DNA of 64,000 nucleotides from Chrysomallon squamiferum. Lineage: Eukaryota; Animalia; Mollusca. Positions 26,620 through 43,235 of this stretch are shown here, piece by piece (within the stretch, counting starts at the first letter, position 1; the number at the start of each line of letters is the position of its first letter). A model generated the notes under the pieces. The model had not been told where the DNA came from. It ran no database searches and saw nothing but the letters and a program-made list of their open reading frames with translations. The translations under genes were made by a program, and so were the position numbers. The DNA lies in contig CM022668.1 of NCBI GenBank assembly GCA_012295275.1, positions 2,976,001 through 3,040,000 on the forward strand, given 5' to 3'.

Positions 26620-29327
26620 ATTGAGTAAAATTTAGTATAAATAATAAACATAATAAAACAATCATTACACTTAAACAACAAACCAGCTGAGACAAATGAA
26701 CATTAGTTGAAACATAGCAACGTGAGAATTAACAGAAACAAACAATTTATAATCAGGTAAGTAATGTGATAATAGAAAACATCTGATATATTAAGTATAC
26801 GCAAAATCAAAAATAAGCTGGCCGAGGTGACAGTTACTAGAAACAGATAATTTATAAACTCCAATAAGAAATTTAACATGTAAGAAACATTTCAGAAGCT
26901 TTGTAAATTATTGAGGCATAAAGAAATAAAAGCAGTTAAAAAAAAAAGAAATATGACTTTAAGTGTTGTAAGTGGATCGACTTATTTCTTTCATTGCGAT
27001 ATACGCCTGCATAGAGCACACAAATAAGTAAAATATGTGGATTTATAAATAGGCGTTTCCTATGATACAAAATGATTTTTGTATGCATATTTTAATAAAT
27101 ATTGTAAGACTTTTCATTATTTATTTTTTATTAGTAGTATATTTTATTTTTTTATTTAATTTAATTTAATTAAATTAATTAATTAATTAATTTTTTTTTG
27201 GTCATTCAGTTTTTGTACATAAAACAAAAACTGGGTTGCTGTTTGTTATAGAGGAAAATTAATTATTTTCATCTGAATGTTTTTAATAGGCTTTATTAAG
27301 TAAAGTATTTTTGACATTTTATTTCTATTATTATTTTAAAAAATTAACATTTATAAAAGATTGCCAGACACGAAATAAATTTTAAAACTGAAAATGACAG
27401 TTAATATTATTTTTAGAATCTAAAGTTGATACTTTTTCTAAAAAAGAAATTTGGCATTATTTTATTTTTTTATGTAATAGCGACTTCATGTTAAAACAGA
27501 CTGAGATAAAAGAAAAAACTTTATTGATTTATAAATTATATGTTTATTCATTTCATATTCAGTATTACATTATTGTTAAGAAGAAAATAAATTTATCAGC
27601 TTTAGCAGAGTGAAACAGTGTTTTAAGAAGTAAATAAATACATATATATATATATATTAAAGAAATAATTAATATATGTAACAAACAAAAACTATTTCGA
27701 GAAATTTGACGTTTGTAAATATTATTCACGATTTCATTTTTTTTTTCTTTTTGTTTAAAATTACTTTTTGTTTATTTGAAAATATATATAAATATATTTA
27801 TATATTTATTTATTTTCTGTTATTTCAGTATTATTATTATTGTTATTATTATTCTGTTAATAAAGTTAACAATTCTGATTACAAACTATGTCACTATTAA
27901 CACAAAACAATGAAAAGACAGAGGTTTGACATTGCATCTCACTCTTTCTACTTTTTTAAAAAATGCTTATAAAATGAACTCATTAAAAATATAAAAAATA
28001 AAAAATATCTTTACTCACTTCTATAAATATATTGTGATATCCGAGTGAACTGTAATTATTATCGATACCCGTAGAACTGTCGTTATTACCCGATTGCCTC
28101 GTTTTCGCGAAGGTAAAACGGATTACCTACTTGTACTCCGCACAAAGTTGGCCAAGTACAAAATAACAACATATTTACTTACTCGTGAACGACAAAGCTA
28201 TAAACCAATCAAAAGGACAATAAATGTCACGTGTTAGTCGTAGAAAAGGTTTCCAAATATGGAAGTTTTACCTGCCTCGATGGTTTTATTCTTGCGAGTC
28301 ACATGAACTTGCCCTTTGACACAAAAAAAAGAAAGAAAAAAAGGGGTTGACTTAAAAACAGGCGATCTGAAGCGAATACAATATTTTTTTTTTTTCTTTG
28401 TGTTTTTTTAAATAAAACAAAAATATGCAATTACAATAAGTGCAGATATTAAAATAAAATTAGATATGTTTTCAGTGTTATTCATATTACACATACATTT
28501 TCTCTGTTGATCGTTCAGTTTCACAAAATCTTCTTTGTTCACTGAGTTATCGTTTTGTTGAAAGACAAAATTTTGGGATAAGAGATGAATAACAAATAGG
28601 TAATGATATCCTCAGATAATACATTAAACACAAAGTATCTGTTAAATATCTTAAAATATTAAATTTTGTTGAACTGTCAACAATTTGTCTGTTTCTTGAA
28701 TGCAGTGATCTGACTTGCTAATATTTTTAGAAATATTACATGATTTTCATCGTGCTGATTAAACTATGTAACCGCAAACTCTAAAGAAAATAATAAATGT
28801 TTTAAATGATGTAGCAGTAATCTGACAGTCTCGTGTTCACACTTTTTATAAATTTTACATGATTACCTACTCGCTAGATTAATAATGATTTCTGCTGCTG
28901 TTAGTAAGTTATTGTTTCCTGTTAGATCTGTGATGTTTGTACATAACTTTTTGTTACAGTGTCATTTCTTTTACCAGAATTCAGATTAAATTTCAGTTTT
29001 CTATTTAATCAGTTTAGATTTTGCTGGTGTAATTTCGGTCCAGCGGATTTGATTAAAATCGTTTTAGGCGAAAAAAATATTTTTGAAGAAAAAATTAATG
29101 TATCAGCTTTAGTAAAGTGAAACCGTGTTTTAAAAAGGAAATATATAATGTGTAATAAGAAATTTTAAATACATATAAACAGACAAGAAATGATTTCGAG
29201 AAATTTAGCATTTGTAAATTTTATTCTCCATTTCAGTTTTTAAATTTGTTTAAAAAATAATATTATTTATATAATTATTTATTTGTTTATTTTGTTTTAT
29301 CTTTCTTTATCTTGCTTGTCCAATACG

Positions 29328-29363
<36 letters not shown>

Positions 29364-29812
29364 TTTCCCAAAACACTTATGAAATATTTATGAAAATACC
29401 TATTCTTACGTATATAAATACATTATGATATCGGTCTGAATTGTAATCCGCATAGGTAGGCCAAGAAACCGATACTGGTAATTTTATTTACGCATGAATT
29501 AAAATGCTAAAAAGCAAACAAAAGAAAAAACAGCAAAAAAAAAATATCACGAGTTTGTTGCGTTAACGTCACAAGTATCATCCTTTGAGACATGATACTT
29601 TTTTTCTCTCAGTGATTCTTTTCTTGCTTGTCAGGTGAATATGCCGTTTGATAAAAAAAAAAAAAAAAAAAATTACGAAATAATAAATCAGAAAAAAGGC
29701 GTCATCCATATTTATGAATGTGTCTTTGGTTACTGTGTAAAGAAAACTTAATCTGTGTTGTTATTTCATCAACTCAGAGATAACTCCTATTTGGCTCTGT
29801 GTAGTTTTTGTT
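26620..29812 (+). repeat. Second copy of the 3.2-kb duplication
   Basis: Matches 19880-23130 and is bounded on both sides by (CT)n tracts. Confidence 0.9.
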
Positions 29813-29824
29813 CCATTTCACATA

Positions 29825-30208
<384 letters not shown>

Positions 30209-30490
30209 TAAGGGAAAAAAAAAAAAAATATGCAATTTCACTTATATAAATATGTATATACTGTATATACACCTTTTCTTTTCGTAAAGCATAATTCGTC
30301 CCTGTGTTTAATTACTTTGACAGACCGTTTTGAACCGCTCGCTATGCTGCTACATCATATAATACTTTATCACAGACCAGTCAGGCGTAAAGTGCAAGGT
30401 GATCTCTTCATTTACTATTGAGTACATTCTGCTCTAATTTTTTATTTTATTTTTAGTAATTTAAGAGATCCAGCGAACTATCGTATTTAC

Positions 30491-32290
30491 TGCTGATATC
30501 CTACCATTCAGAAATACAATAATCTAGCTGGTATCCTACCATACTGAAATACCATAACATAGCTGATATCCTACCATACTGAAATACCATAACATAGCTG
30601 ATATCCTACTATACTGAAATACAATAACCTAGCTGATATCCTATTATACTGAAATACAATAACCTATCCGATATCCTTCCAAACCCAAATACAATAACCT
30701 AGCTGATATGATACAATACTGAAATACGGTAACCTAGCCGATATCCTACCATACTGAAATACAGTAACCTAGCTGATATGATATCAACTGTAATACAATA
30801 ACCTAGTTGATATCCTACCGAACTGAAATAAAATAATGTAGCCGATATCCTACCATACTGAAATATAATAACAAAACTGTTATCCTACCATACTGAAATA
30901 CATTAACGTAGCTGATATCCTACCATACTGAAATACAGTGACCAAGCTGATATCCTACCATATTGAAAGAACATAACCTCTTTGATATCCTACCATACTG
31001 AAATACAGTAATCTCGCTTATATCCAACTTTACTGAAAATCAATAATCTAGCTGATATCCTACCATACTGAAATATAATAACCTCGCTGATATCCTACCA
31101 TACTGAAATACAGTAACCTAGCTGATATCCTACCATACTGAAATACAGTGACCTAGCTGATATCCTACCATACTGAAATTCAATAACAAAACTGTTATCC
31201 TACCAGACTGAAAGACACTAACTTCGGTGATATGATATCATACTGAAATACAATAACCTATCTGATATCCTACCATATTGAAATAACATAACCTCTTTGA
31301 TATCCTACCATACTGAAATACAGTAACCTAGCCGATATCCTACCATACTGAAATACAGTAACCTAGCCGATATCCTACCATAGTGAAATACAATAACCTA
31401 GCTGATATCCTACCATACTGAAATACGGTAACCTATCCGATATCCTACCAAACTGAAATACAATAATCTAGCTGATATCCTACCATACCGAAATACAATA
31501 ATCTAGCTGATATCCTACCAAACTGAAATACAATAATCTAGCTGATATCCTACCATACTGAAATACAATAATCTAGCCGATATCCTACCAAACTGAAATA
31601 CAATAATCTAGCTGATATCCTACCATACTGAAATACAATAATCTAGCCGATATCCTACCAAACTGAAATACAATAATCTAGCTGATATCCTACCATACTG
31701 AAATATAATCCTAATCTAATCTAGCTGATATCCTACCAAACTGAAATACAATAATCTAGCTGATATCCTACCATACTGAAATACAATAATCTAGCCGATA
31801 TCCTACCAAACTGAAATACAATAATCTAGCCGATATCCTACCATACTGAAATACAATAATCTAGCCGATATCCTACCAAACTGAAATACAGTAACCTAGC
31901 TGATATGGTATCAACTGTAATACAATAACCTAGTTGATATCCTACCGTACTGAAATAAAATAATGTAGCCGATATCCTACCATACTGAAATACAGTGACC
32001 TAGCTGATATCCTACCATATTGAAATAACATAACCTCTTTGATATCCTACCATACTGAAATACAGTAATCTCGCTTATATCCAACTTTACTGAAAATCAA
32101 TAATCTAGCTGATATCCTACCATACTGAAATATAATAACCTCGCTGGTATTGTACCATACTGAAATACAGTAACCTAGCCGATATCCTACCATACTGAAA
32201 TATAATAACCTCGCTGGTATTGTACCATACTGAAATACAGTAACCTAGCTGATATCCTACCATAGTGATACAACAACCTAGTTGACATGA
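30491..32290. repeat. 35-bp minisatellite array 2 (about 51 units)
   Basis: Same consensus as array 1 and homologous flanks on both sides. Confidence 0.95.
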
Positions 32291-32445
32291 AATACTGTAA
32301 TATAATTCATACGCTTCATTACACACTTGTCAGAAAATAAATAAAAAAGAGATAACGAACAACGATAACAGCTGTGCACTCAATATTACAGCCTGTCACA
32401 GCTGTCACAGAGACAGACTGATACAGTATTTGTTTAGATTTTAGA

Positions 32446-32554
<109 letters not shown>

Positions 32555-33259
32555 GGAAAACATTTAACCTTTCAGTTTTATAAACATTTACATACTGCTT
32601 CGGCAGCCCCTACTGTAAATTCTGAAGGCCATAATTGTCGTATTTAAAAAAAAAAAAAAAAAAAAATTCTAATTATATCGTGTCATCGTCAAATAGATGT
32701 TTTTATTTTTTCACTCTAGGTAAGAGTCTGGAGTAAGGTGTGTACAACATACTCGTGTATTGTACTAGCCTTGCTTCGTGCACAGACATAGATACTTCAT
32801 TATGTCAGTCAGTCAGACGTACAGTATTTGAGACGTTCTGAGCATAGCTGGTGAATTATACAGTGAAGTTTTATACAGCGTCTTCTCCTTCTTCGCTAAC
32901 TGTGTGGTCAGGTCATTGTGTGCAGTCAATTTTGTCCAAAAGACACGCGCACAATTTGTAACAGTTCCACTAATTATATTCCATGGTGGTGGAGGGTTTT
33001 CTTATTTAGTTTATTTTATTTTGTTTTTTAATTTTAATTTAATTTTAATTTTTTAATTATTATTTTTTTTTTTTTAAATTTTTAAAAAAAATTCTATTAT
33101 TATACATTATTATTATTTTTATTTTTATTATTTATTTATTTAATTTTTTTATTTATTTATTTTTTGTTGTTTTTGTCGTCAGCAGCTCTACAAACAGAAA
33201 CAAACAATTCCTCTTACTTGGCTTTCAAGACTTTGAAGATCACGTGGTGGCCACGTCAT

Positions 33260-34400
33260 AGCTCGCTTTTGTGACGTTTTTCATTTAACTCGAAGGACCG
33301 CATGAATTGACGCAGTGTGACGTCAGAGCTGCTGACTGTTGCCTCGCTTTTTCGTCGCGTCCTCTCAGCTTCAGTTCACGTGTTTTGTCTGGTTGTGTCT
33401 CTTTACACGAATTCCTTAAACAAGTTGTGTTTGTCTGCTCACAAATTAAACAACTACCCCGATTTTCAGTGAAATAAAAACATAAAAAAAAAAAATGTAG
33501 TTCTCGCTTCTTTGGGGAGATGCCTGATCTAAGACATGAAGATTTGTTTCTATTTTTTTTTTGTCTTTTATGCTGTTTTCTGGGGAAGGAATGTAGCTAA
33601 GGAACAAGGTACTGGGTGACCGTGAGAAGAAAAAAAACAAAACAAAAAAAAACGTGTTCTTTTTGGTCCCTGCGTTTAATAATTTTGACTGATCGTTTCG
33701 TTTCGCTGACTCTGACCTGCAATTACGTGCTCTAACAAAGACATAATTATCGTATCTAAAGATAAAAATACCTGCTCGCTTTTGTGAGGTTTTTCATTTA
33801 ACCCGAAGGACCGCGTGAAGAGACACTGCTGTGATGTCAAAGCTGCTGATTGTTGCCTCGCTTTTACACCGCGTCCTCTCAGCTTCTCGTACGAGTTCAG
33901 ATGTTTTGTCTGTAGTGTCTGTTTACACTGAATTCCTTAAACAAGGCAGTTGTGTGCTGACAAATTAGACAAACACAACGACAGCGATTTTCAGATAAAT
34001 AAAATAATAATAATACATAAAAATTGTAATTCCCGCTTCTCTTGGAAGCGTCAGGCCTCGCTGTCAACTTTCTTTTTTCAAGCAGAATGCATCATGGGTA
34101 ATTTGTGAGCAGTGTTCACACAACCTTCTAGCACTGCAGTACTGCCTTCGTGCAGTGAAAGGAGAAATTGTGTTTGAACCTTTTGTGACGTAATCATTCT
34201 GTTTGACAGTCCTATAGGGCCTGAATCATTATACCAGAAAATCGAAGCCAACGGGCGTGTTAAAACTGACCCTGGGCCGGAATTTGGATACGCCTGATAT
34301 GCAGATTTTTTTCTAGCTTTTTTTTTGTGTTTTTTTTTTTTTGTGGGGAGTGTAGCTAAGGAACAATGTACTGGTTGACCTTGAGAAAAAACAACGTCAG
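33260..34400 (+). repeat. Local imperfect tandem duplication (33260-33630 vs 33775-34400), partly copied inverted at 53175-53445
   Basis: gctcgcttttgtga..tttttcatttaac.cgaaggaccgc...cgcgtcctctcagcttc occurs twice, with its reverse complement at about 53200-53320. Confidence 0.75.
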
Positions 34401-34644
34401 AGTAGATTGAATGTGATTTCATCAGCATTACTCAGCTTTTTGTTAAGCTGTTTATAATCGGTTACAACGCTTAAACTCACATTTCTTTCTTACATGTTTA
34501 ACTGATGTCCTGTTTTCTCATGTCCTGACATGGTTAATTTAAAACAAAAAACAACAACAAAAACAACTAAAAAAACAACAAACAAATTTGTATTTATTTA
34601 TTTATAAAGGAAGTTTGGGAGCTCCTCAAAAACAGTAAGATATA

Positions 34645-34703
<59 letters not shown>

Positions 34704-34719
34704 TAATAATAATAACAAC

Positions 34720-34757
<38 letters not shown>

Positions 34758-34890
34758 TAATAATAATAACAATAATAATAATAATAACAATAATAATAAT
34801 AATAACAATAATAATAACAACAATAATAATAATAATAATAACAATAATAACAACAATAATAATAACAATAACAATAATAATAATAATAAC

Positions 34891-34925
<35 letters not shown>

Positions 34926-35070
34926 TAATAATAATAACAATAATAATAATAACAATAATAATAATAACAACAACAACTATTGTTATTATTATTATTATTT
35001 TTATTATTATTATCATCATCATCATCATCATCATTAACATCATTTTCATCATCATTATTGTTATTATTAT
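34645..35070. repeat. (AAT/AAC)n tract followed by (ATT)n/(CAT)n
   Basis: Direct reading; explains the poly-I and poly-L ORFs. Confidence 0.95.
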
Positions 35071-35293
35071 CCTAACAACACATTTGTCTGTGAGACGAAC
35101 ACACTATCAGACGTATTAGTGAATCGGAAACGAAGACAGAGTTATCGTTATTTATTCCTTTATAACTTTATTTTTATCTGTTTATCTTATCTTGATCAAA
35201 CTTTATTTCCACGTGTTCATGTCCGCGTGATCCTTCACTTAACTAAGTTCTGAGAGTTCAAAAAGTCTAGTAAGAATAGCGAAACAATCTCTC

Positions 35294-35417
<124 letters not shown>

Positions 35418-35647
35418 GATGTCGTGATCTTTTAAATTATCATTTTATATATAAAAATAATAATAAAATAAATAAATATGTAAGTAAGTAAATAAATAAA
35501 TAAATAAACAAATACATTTATGTTTACCGTTCAGACAGTATTGTGAAAGAATGGTGCGAATGAACAGATATTTTCCATTCGTTGTATAAGTTACAGTAAG
35601 ACACTGATTTATTTTTCAAAAACAAATGTTTACAAATTTTATCTCGC

Positions 35648-36421
35648 GATTAATCGCATGAAGATACACCACACATCCACACACAGATGTCTGTCAAATG
35701 AGACTTTTTTTTTTTATCATTTCTGTTCCATGGAAAGAATGTTTGAAATAGACAACACAAACACAAGCAAACAAATATAGAAACAAACACATAAACATGC
35801 ATATATACCTAGTCACATACATACATCTGTTCTTATATATACGAACGTTCCTTCACGCAGTAATACTTGTCATCATTTATTATTATGTGGATAGATGTCG
35901 CAAGGGACGTAATTCTGTAAACTAAATATTTGTTGAAGATTTACCTCCCTTTTTATAATCCGCCGAATAATTCTAATGTGTTGTCCTGAACGAAATTTTT
36001 ATCTCCAAAGTATGGCGGATAGAGGGGGGTGAGGCATGCGGTCAGTAATACATTGTATAGCTGAAAAATGAAATATTGTTGTGACGGCTGCCAGATATTA
36101 TAAAAGTGCACTCAGTCATTGCTATACTTGTTATACATTAAAATATTCAGGATAAACAGGAATAAATGGATTAATAAAAACATAAAAAACAACAAACAAA
36201 GAACCAAATCAGTATATACATTCATAAATAAATAAATAAATAAATAAATATACAAATATAAAAACAAACATAAAAAAAAATGAATAAATAAAGGAACAAA
36301 CAAACAAATAAATAAATAAATGAATGAATGAATAAATAAATAAATAAATAAACAAAGAAACATATGAAAAAAAAATAATAATAAATAAATAAATAAAGAA
36401 AGAAAGAAACATATGAACAAA

Positions 36422-36480
<59 letters not shown>

Positions 36481-36589
36481 ATATTTATGATTTCATGTTC
36501 CAGTCTACGTTTTTTTGCTTTGAAGGACTCACAGCAGATATTTTCCCCCCGTTTATGGAATTTTCATCATTAATAAACACACAAACACA

Positions 36590-36627
<38 letters not shown>

Positions 36628-37210
36628 TAAAACACATATTTGATTAATCGCATGAAGATATACCACACATCAACACACAGATCTCTGTCAAATGAAACTT
36701 TTCTGTTCCATTGAAACAATGTTTGAAATAGAAAACACAAATACAAGCAAACAAACATAGAGACACACACATAAACATGCGAATATACCTAGTCACATTC
36801 ATACATCTGTTCTTATATATACGAACGTTCCTTCACGCATGCGGTCAATAATACATTGTATAGCTGAAAAATGAAATATTGTTGTGACGGCTGCCAGATA
36901 TTTTAAAACTGCACTCAGTCATTGTTATACTTGTTATATATTAAAATATCCAGGATAAACAGGAATAAATGCATTAATAAGTGCATAAAAAACAACAAAC
37001 AAAGAACCAAATAAGTATATACATTCATAAATAAATAAATAAATAAATAAATAATCAAATATATAAATAAATAAACAAACAAACATATAAACAGACAAAC
37101 AGACAAATAAATAAATAAACAAATAAATAAATAAACAAATAAATAAATAGATATTTATGATTTCATGTTCCAGTGCACGTTTCATTGCTTCGCAGAACTC
37201 ACAGCAGATT
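35648..37210 (+). repeat. Local tandem duplication (35648-36545 vs 36642-37210)
   Basis: gattaatcgcatgaagata..ccacacatc... block repeated; the second copy carries an internal deletion. Confidence 0.8.
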
Positions 37211-37213
37211 CCC

Positions 37214-38016
<803 letters not shown>

Positions 38017-38278
38017 AAAATAGGTATTTTATTTACTAACCGCAAATTATCTACAAGTTACACTGAACTGGATGGAATCACTTTTCTTTTTCATTGCTTC
38101 TGTGGGCCTCTCAGTTTCAATGAATCTTTACGTAACATAATTGATTACACGACTTTATTCTGTTACCTGCTACAGTCTGTCATAATCTCTTCTTTTGAAT
38201 ACATAACCTGTATATATCAACATAAATTTATTAACTCATACCCTTTTTGTATACACACACACACACACACATATATAT

Positions 38279-38342
<64 letters not shown>

Positions 38343-40116
38343 TACATATACACACATATATATATATCATAAAACCTATCGACCATAACAGTCAATGACC
38401 CAAATAGGTCACTGATAATTTATAAACGTCGAGCCTTACGCACTTTAGTTTTAGTTTGTAGGTCATAATCAGCGAAACGAAACGATCTGTCAAAATTACT
38501 AAACACAGGGGCGAATTATTTATTTCCTTTTAAACTGTTAATATTTTCAGTTGCTTTACTTCTGTTTGAGCAGTTTATATTATAGCCAAAAGGAGGAGGG
38601 GAAATGTGGGAGGGAAGGAGAGAGGAGGAGAGAAAAACAGAGAGAAAGAAAGAGGGAAGGAGGAAGGGAACAGAGAATGGGCAAGAAAATAGGTAGGGGA
38701 ATGAAAACTGAAATTTAATCTGAATTCTGGTAAAAGAAATGACACTGTAACAACGAGTTATGTACAAACATCACAGATCTAACAGAAAATGACAACGTAC
38801 TAACAGCAGCCGAAATCTTTATTAATTTTGTTCCAATCCCTTGATCCACAACAAAAGAAGAACCAGCAGCTGATGTTTTATCAGAGGGAAGTTACATTAC
38901 AGAGACAACTCAGTAAAATAAAACAATTTAAAAAAAAAAAGAAAAAAAGAAAACATTGACAAATCCATTTGGCCAACAGTGGTAATAAATTCTGTACAGT
39001 CTTTGTTGTTGTGCAAGACAAAGATCAGATAAATAAAAAAAAAGAGCAGAGATTTCAGTTTAAATTTCACTTTCAAACTCGATAATTCAGAAGCCAAAAC
39101 AGATCTCTGGAAAATAGAACCAGAAACCTTCTACATACATTACAAACAGAACAAGATTCGACTCAGTAACATAAAACAATTAAAAAAAAAAAAAAAAAAA
39201 AAATTAAAAAAAGAAAACATTGGACAAAGCCTAGTATATATATATATATATGTCTCTCTATCTGTCTGTCAGTCACGTACACATAACTGAAAACAAAGTA
39301 AAATAGGGTGAGGTGTAGAAATAGATTTGTCACTGGCGGCGTTGTTTGAAGACATATTTATACGCTGTTTGTACCAGTTATTCACTCACACAGATTTGCT
39401 GTTTGTGGCACACTTTTTATTGTCAGTGAAATATTTTTAAATCCCTTCAAGCCAGTATTTAAAAAATCCTTTTAACCTTAGAAACCGAAGCAGACCACAT
39501 ATAAATCAGTGATGTATAATACTACTACTACTACTACCACTACTACTAATACTACTACTACAACAACTACTACTACTACCACTACTACTACTGATACTGA
39601 TACTACTACTACTACTACTATGATGATGATGGTGCTGGTAACACAAAAAAGGAATTGTATTAATATAATAAGAAGAAGAACAACAACAACAGACACATAT
39701 TGATAAATATATATTAATTTTACATAATCATGTAAAACAGATACGTCAGTAAAGACGTATATATAAATAATACCGCACACACATACACATACGCACATAT
39801 ATACATACACACACAGAGAGATATAAATAAAAACATATACATACATAGGCTGGAACAGAGGTAGCAGGTAAACTCTCAGGTTTGTGGTCAGGTAGAACAA
39901 AATTTGTAAACTCATATGTTATGTAGTAGGCAAAAATATAAATAGTTAGACAGAACGACAAATTATAGACACAGATAGAGGGACAGGCAGATAGATACAT
40001 AGACAGATTGACAGATTGACAGAAACAGAGAGCAGCAGACATCTAGATATACATATGGATAGATAGGCAGACAGATATATAGATAGACAGGTAGGCATAC
40101 AGACAGACGGATAGAC

Positions 40117-40156
<40 letters not shown>

Positions 40157-40172
40157 AAAATCATTAACAACA

Positions 40173-40729
40173 TCACCAGCGACCCTTGTCTTTCAACTGT
40201 TTCATGTAATTTAGATAAATCTGAGCTTTCAGCAAGTTTACACCCATTCCAAAGTGAGTTCCGTCTATACTCATAACTCCATCCGTCAGGCTGAAAGTGT
40301 CAAACACTGGTATATCATACACACGTAAGTAGGCAGCCATTTTGTTGTTGAACTCTTTACCGTGATCATTGTCAATGGTTTTCACATACGGGTATCTCCA
40401 GATACCGAGACTGTGCGTTGATGACCATAAAACTTTTGGCCATTCGCTGTAGTTGCCTCGCAGACCTTCTAGCATGACGTTCACGTATCTGCTGACGACA
40501 GTGTCGTAAACATAGTTGTCCCATATACCAACGCCAACAAACATCATCGACTTTTTCTTCAACTTCAGTTGACGAGTTGTGTTAAGCAGGAAAGAACCAT
40601 GTGCTGATGATGCATAGTGTTTAAACTGAAGGGTGATGTTGCCGTTGCAGAGTTTTGGTTTAAAGTCGATGTGTTCGCGGCAGACTTTGTGTGGGAAAAT
40701 ATTCATTCCACTACACTGTTGTAATATTT
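40173..40729 (-). CDS. Paralogue B, terminal coding exon (GVGIWD and DGTH motifs)
   Basis: ttttttcag| acceptor ending at 40730 joins in frame: K-ILQQCSGMN...SIDGTHFG...GRW*. 664+557 nt = 406 aa + stop. Intron 40730-41276 (547 nt). Confidence 0.88.
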
Positions 40730-40837
40730 CTGAAAAAAAAGAAAAAAAAGAAAAGAAAAAGGAACTAGAAAGATACAAGAAGTAAAATGAATATTTACAG
40801 AGCTAGAATAGATTCAGTGCATGAGTGTGTGTGTGTG

Positions 40838-40931
<94 letters not shown>

Positions 40932-41276
40932 ACTAACAAATATAAAATTGTCTCGGGTGGCTTTTTCCTGTCAGTCTTATTATCAGTCAATTAGTTTGTT
41001 ATTGTCATTACTCCGTGTAACCAAAACAAGTCTAGTGATCTAGTTAAATTAAAACATTCAGTATCATCTTTTATAGTGTTATATTATATTATCTTGTTAT
41101 CCCTTCATTATGATATATTTTGTAAATGAAAGTAAACGTAAAATAAAAAGGCACCTGTACGTATACTAAATCAAGACAGACGTAAAGAGCAAGATATGTG
41201 GCCACTTCCAGATTTCCAATACACTGTTATTATTTATGTCTGATTTTTATTCCTCCACCAGTATGAAAGCACCTAC

Positions 41277-41940
41277 TTTTGGTTGTATTTGGTTTGAAAG
41301 CACCAGTTTTGTAGTTGCCAGTCAAAATCAACAACAGCGCCGTGTACAACTGCCGCATTAAGGAGTCGCCGATGACGTAGATGGTCCACCCTTCTAACAC
41401 ACTGCAGCCAGACTGAGAGTCGAAGAACTTCACAGAACATCTCTTGTCACTTGGAACCCAGGTGGCATACTCGGCATGAATGCGCGACCTGAGGTCAAAG
41501 TTCGAAGGTCCTCTGCACTCTTCCACGGTTTTGTTCACACATTTGTTATTAAAACAACATGGCGTCCGTCCTCCTGGATTGCAGAGGACACGAAACCATT
41601 TCCTGTAACTAGTTCCGGTGTAAGTGACATTTCCACATTTCAAGTCAGGTCTTTGATAGTCTGTGGCACTCGGCAAATGATCTCTGCTATTTTTGTAAAA
41701 TGTATTAATTTCACTTTGTTCTTGTGACGTCAGATTTCGCGTTCTCCATGTTCCTGACGTCATACACTTGAGGACATCTGGAACAACTTGTCGTCTGAGA
41801 TTCGTGGAATTGTAAGAAGAAAAATATAAATAAGGTAAATGATTCAGGTAGGCGAAACAGACGAAGTACGCGAGAGAAAAGAGACAAACAAAGAAGACGA
41901 GGTTCTTCTTTTTGTTTTTCACATTTTGTGATGTTGTCAT
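41277..41940 (-). CDS. Paralogue B, first coding exon (same family as A)
   Basis: ATG at 41940, acceptor giving exon start 41952, same A|GTAGGT phase-1 donor at 41276. TM segment, Cys module and GDSLMRQ are conserved. 664 nt. Confidence 0.88.
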
Positions 41941-41995
41941 CGTTGTGAGATTCTGAAAAAAAAAATGTGCATAGAATTATTGGATATTATTATTT

Positions 41996-42068
<73 letters not shown>

Positions 42069-42224
42069 TAGAGAGAGAGACAGACTCATAGACAGGCAGA
42101 CAGAGAAGAGACAAATGTACACGACAACAAAGAGTGTTGTTGTCCTATATTACCCTACGATAGAAGCTCCCAGACTTCCTTTATAAATAAATAAATAAAT
42201 AAATAAATACATTTTAAATGTTAA

Positions 42225-42258
<34 letters not shown>

Positions 42259-42545
42259 CCATGTTATCAGAAATCCATGACATCGGAAAACAGAAACCAG
42301 GAGGCTCAGGGCAGAAGTCAATTTCAGGGCGCTGCCTGCCCCTCCCCCTGACTAACTAGACAAACCGGTAACATACTGAGAATGTTTTCCAGTGTAAATT
42401 ATGATTAGAATTGGATCAATAATACGATGATGGTTATGGTGGAAACAATGAAAATGTTTCCAATTTGCCTATTAAGTGAGTTTGTTTTTCTTTGTTTCTG
42501 CTCTTAGATAATGTCCATACAATAACTGATGTTTTATATAACAGG

Positions 42546-42584
<39 letters not shown>

Positions 42585-43186
42585 AAAAAAAAAGAATAGA
42601 AAACATTACAATTAATTTAAATAAATAAATGCAGCACAACATTTGATGTTGTATCTGATCAGCGTCAATTTATGTCTCTGTGGTTTGAGAATATCAAAGT
42701 TTTTCTTAGAAAGAGTAAAATTGAGAAAAATAAAAATAGAAGTCTTTTTCGAAACCTAACATATTTTCTTTTTTTCTTTTCTTTTTTTTTTCCCGAAGAA
42801 ATGCTGTAATTAAATATATACGTATGTATGTACATATTAAAGCTTGATAATTTTTCTCTCAAAGCAACTTTGACTGCTGTAATGGATCTAGTCACGGATG
42901 AGAAAATAATAATAATAAGGCAGCCAAGTGTAGCGTCAAGTCGTAATAGAAATAATTTCTTCTTTACGGTTATTTTCGTCGTTGTTGTTGATGGTGGTTA
43001 TGGTGAATTAATTCTTACTCTAAATATATTTGAACATACAGGTAATCTAGAATATGTAATGAGTTTGAACAAAATGCATGTACTATGTCTCTCACAAATG
43101 ATTTCACTTTAGCGCTTTTTCTTCTTCTTCTTTCTTTTTTGTTCTCTTTGAAGTTATCTCTCTTTCTCTGTCGTTTGTCTTATTAC

Positions 43187-43235
<49 letters not shown>

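Noticed and set aside
34078-34428. 116-aa ORF in a GC-richer stretch
   Set aside because: It crosses a poly-T run and a duplicated module, with no domain, splice or paralogue support.
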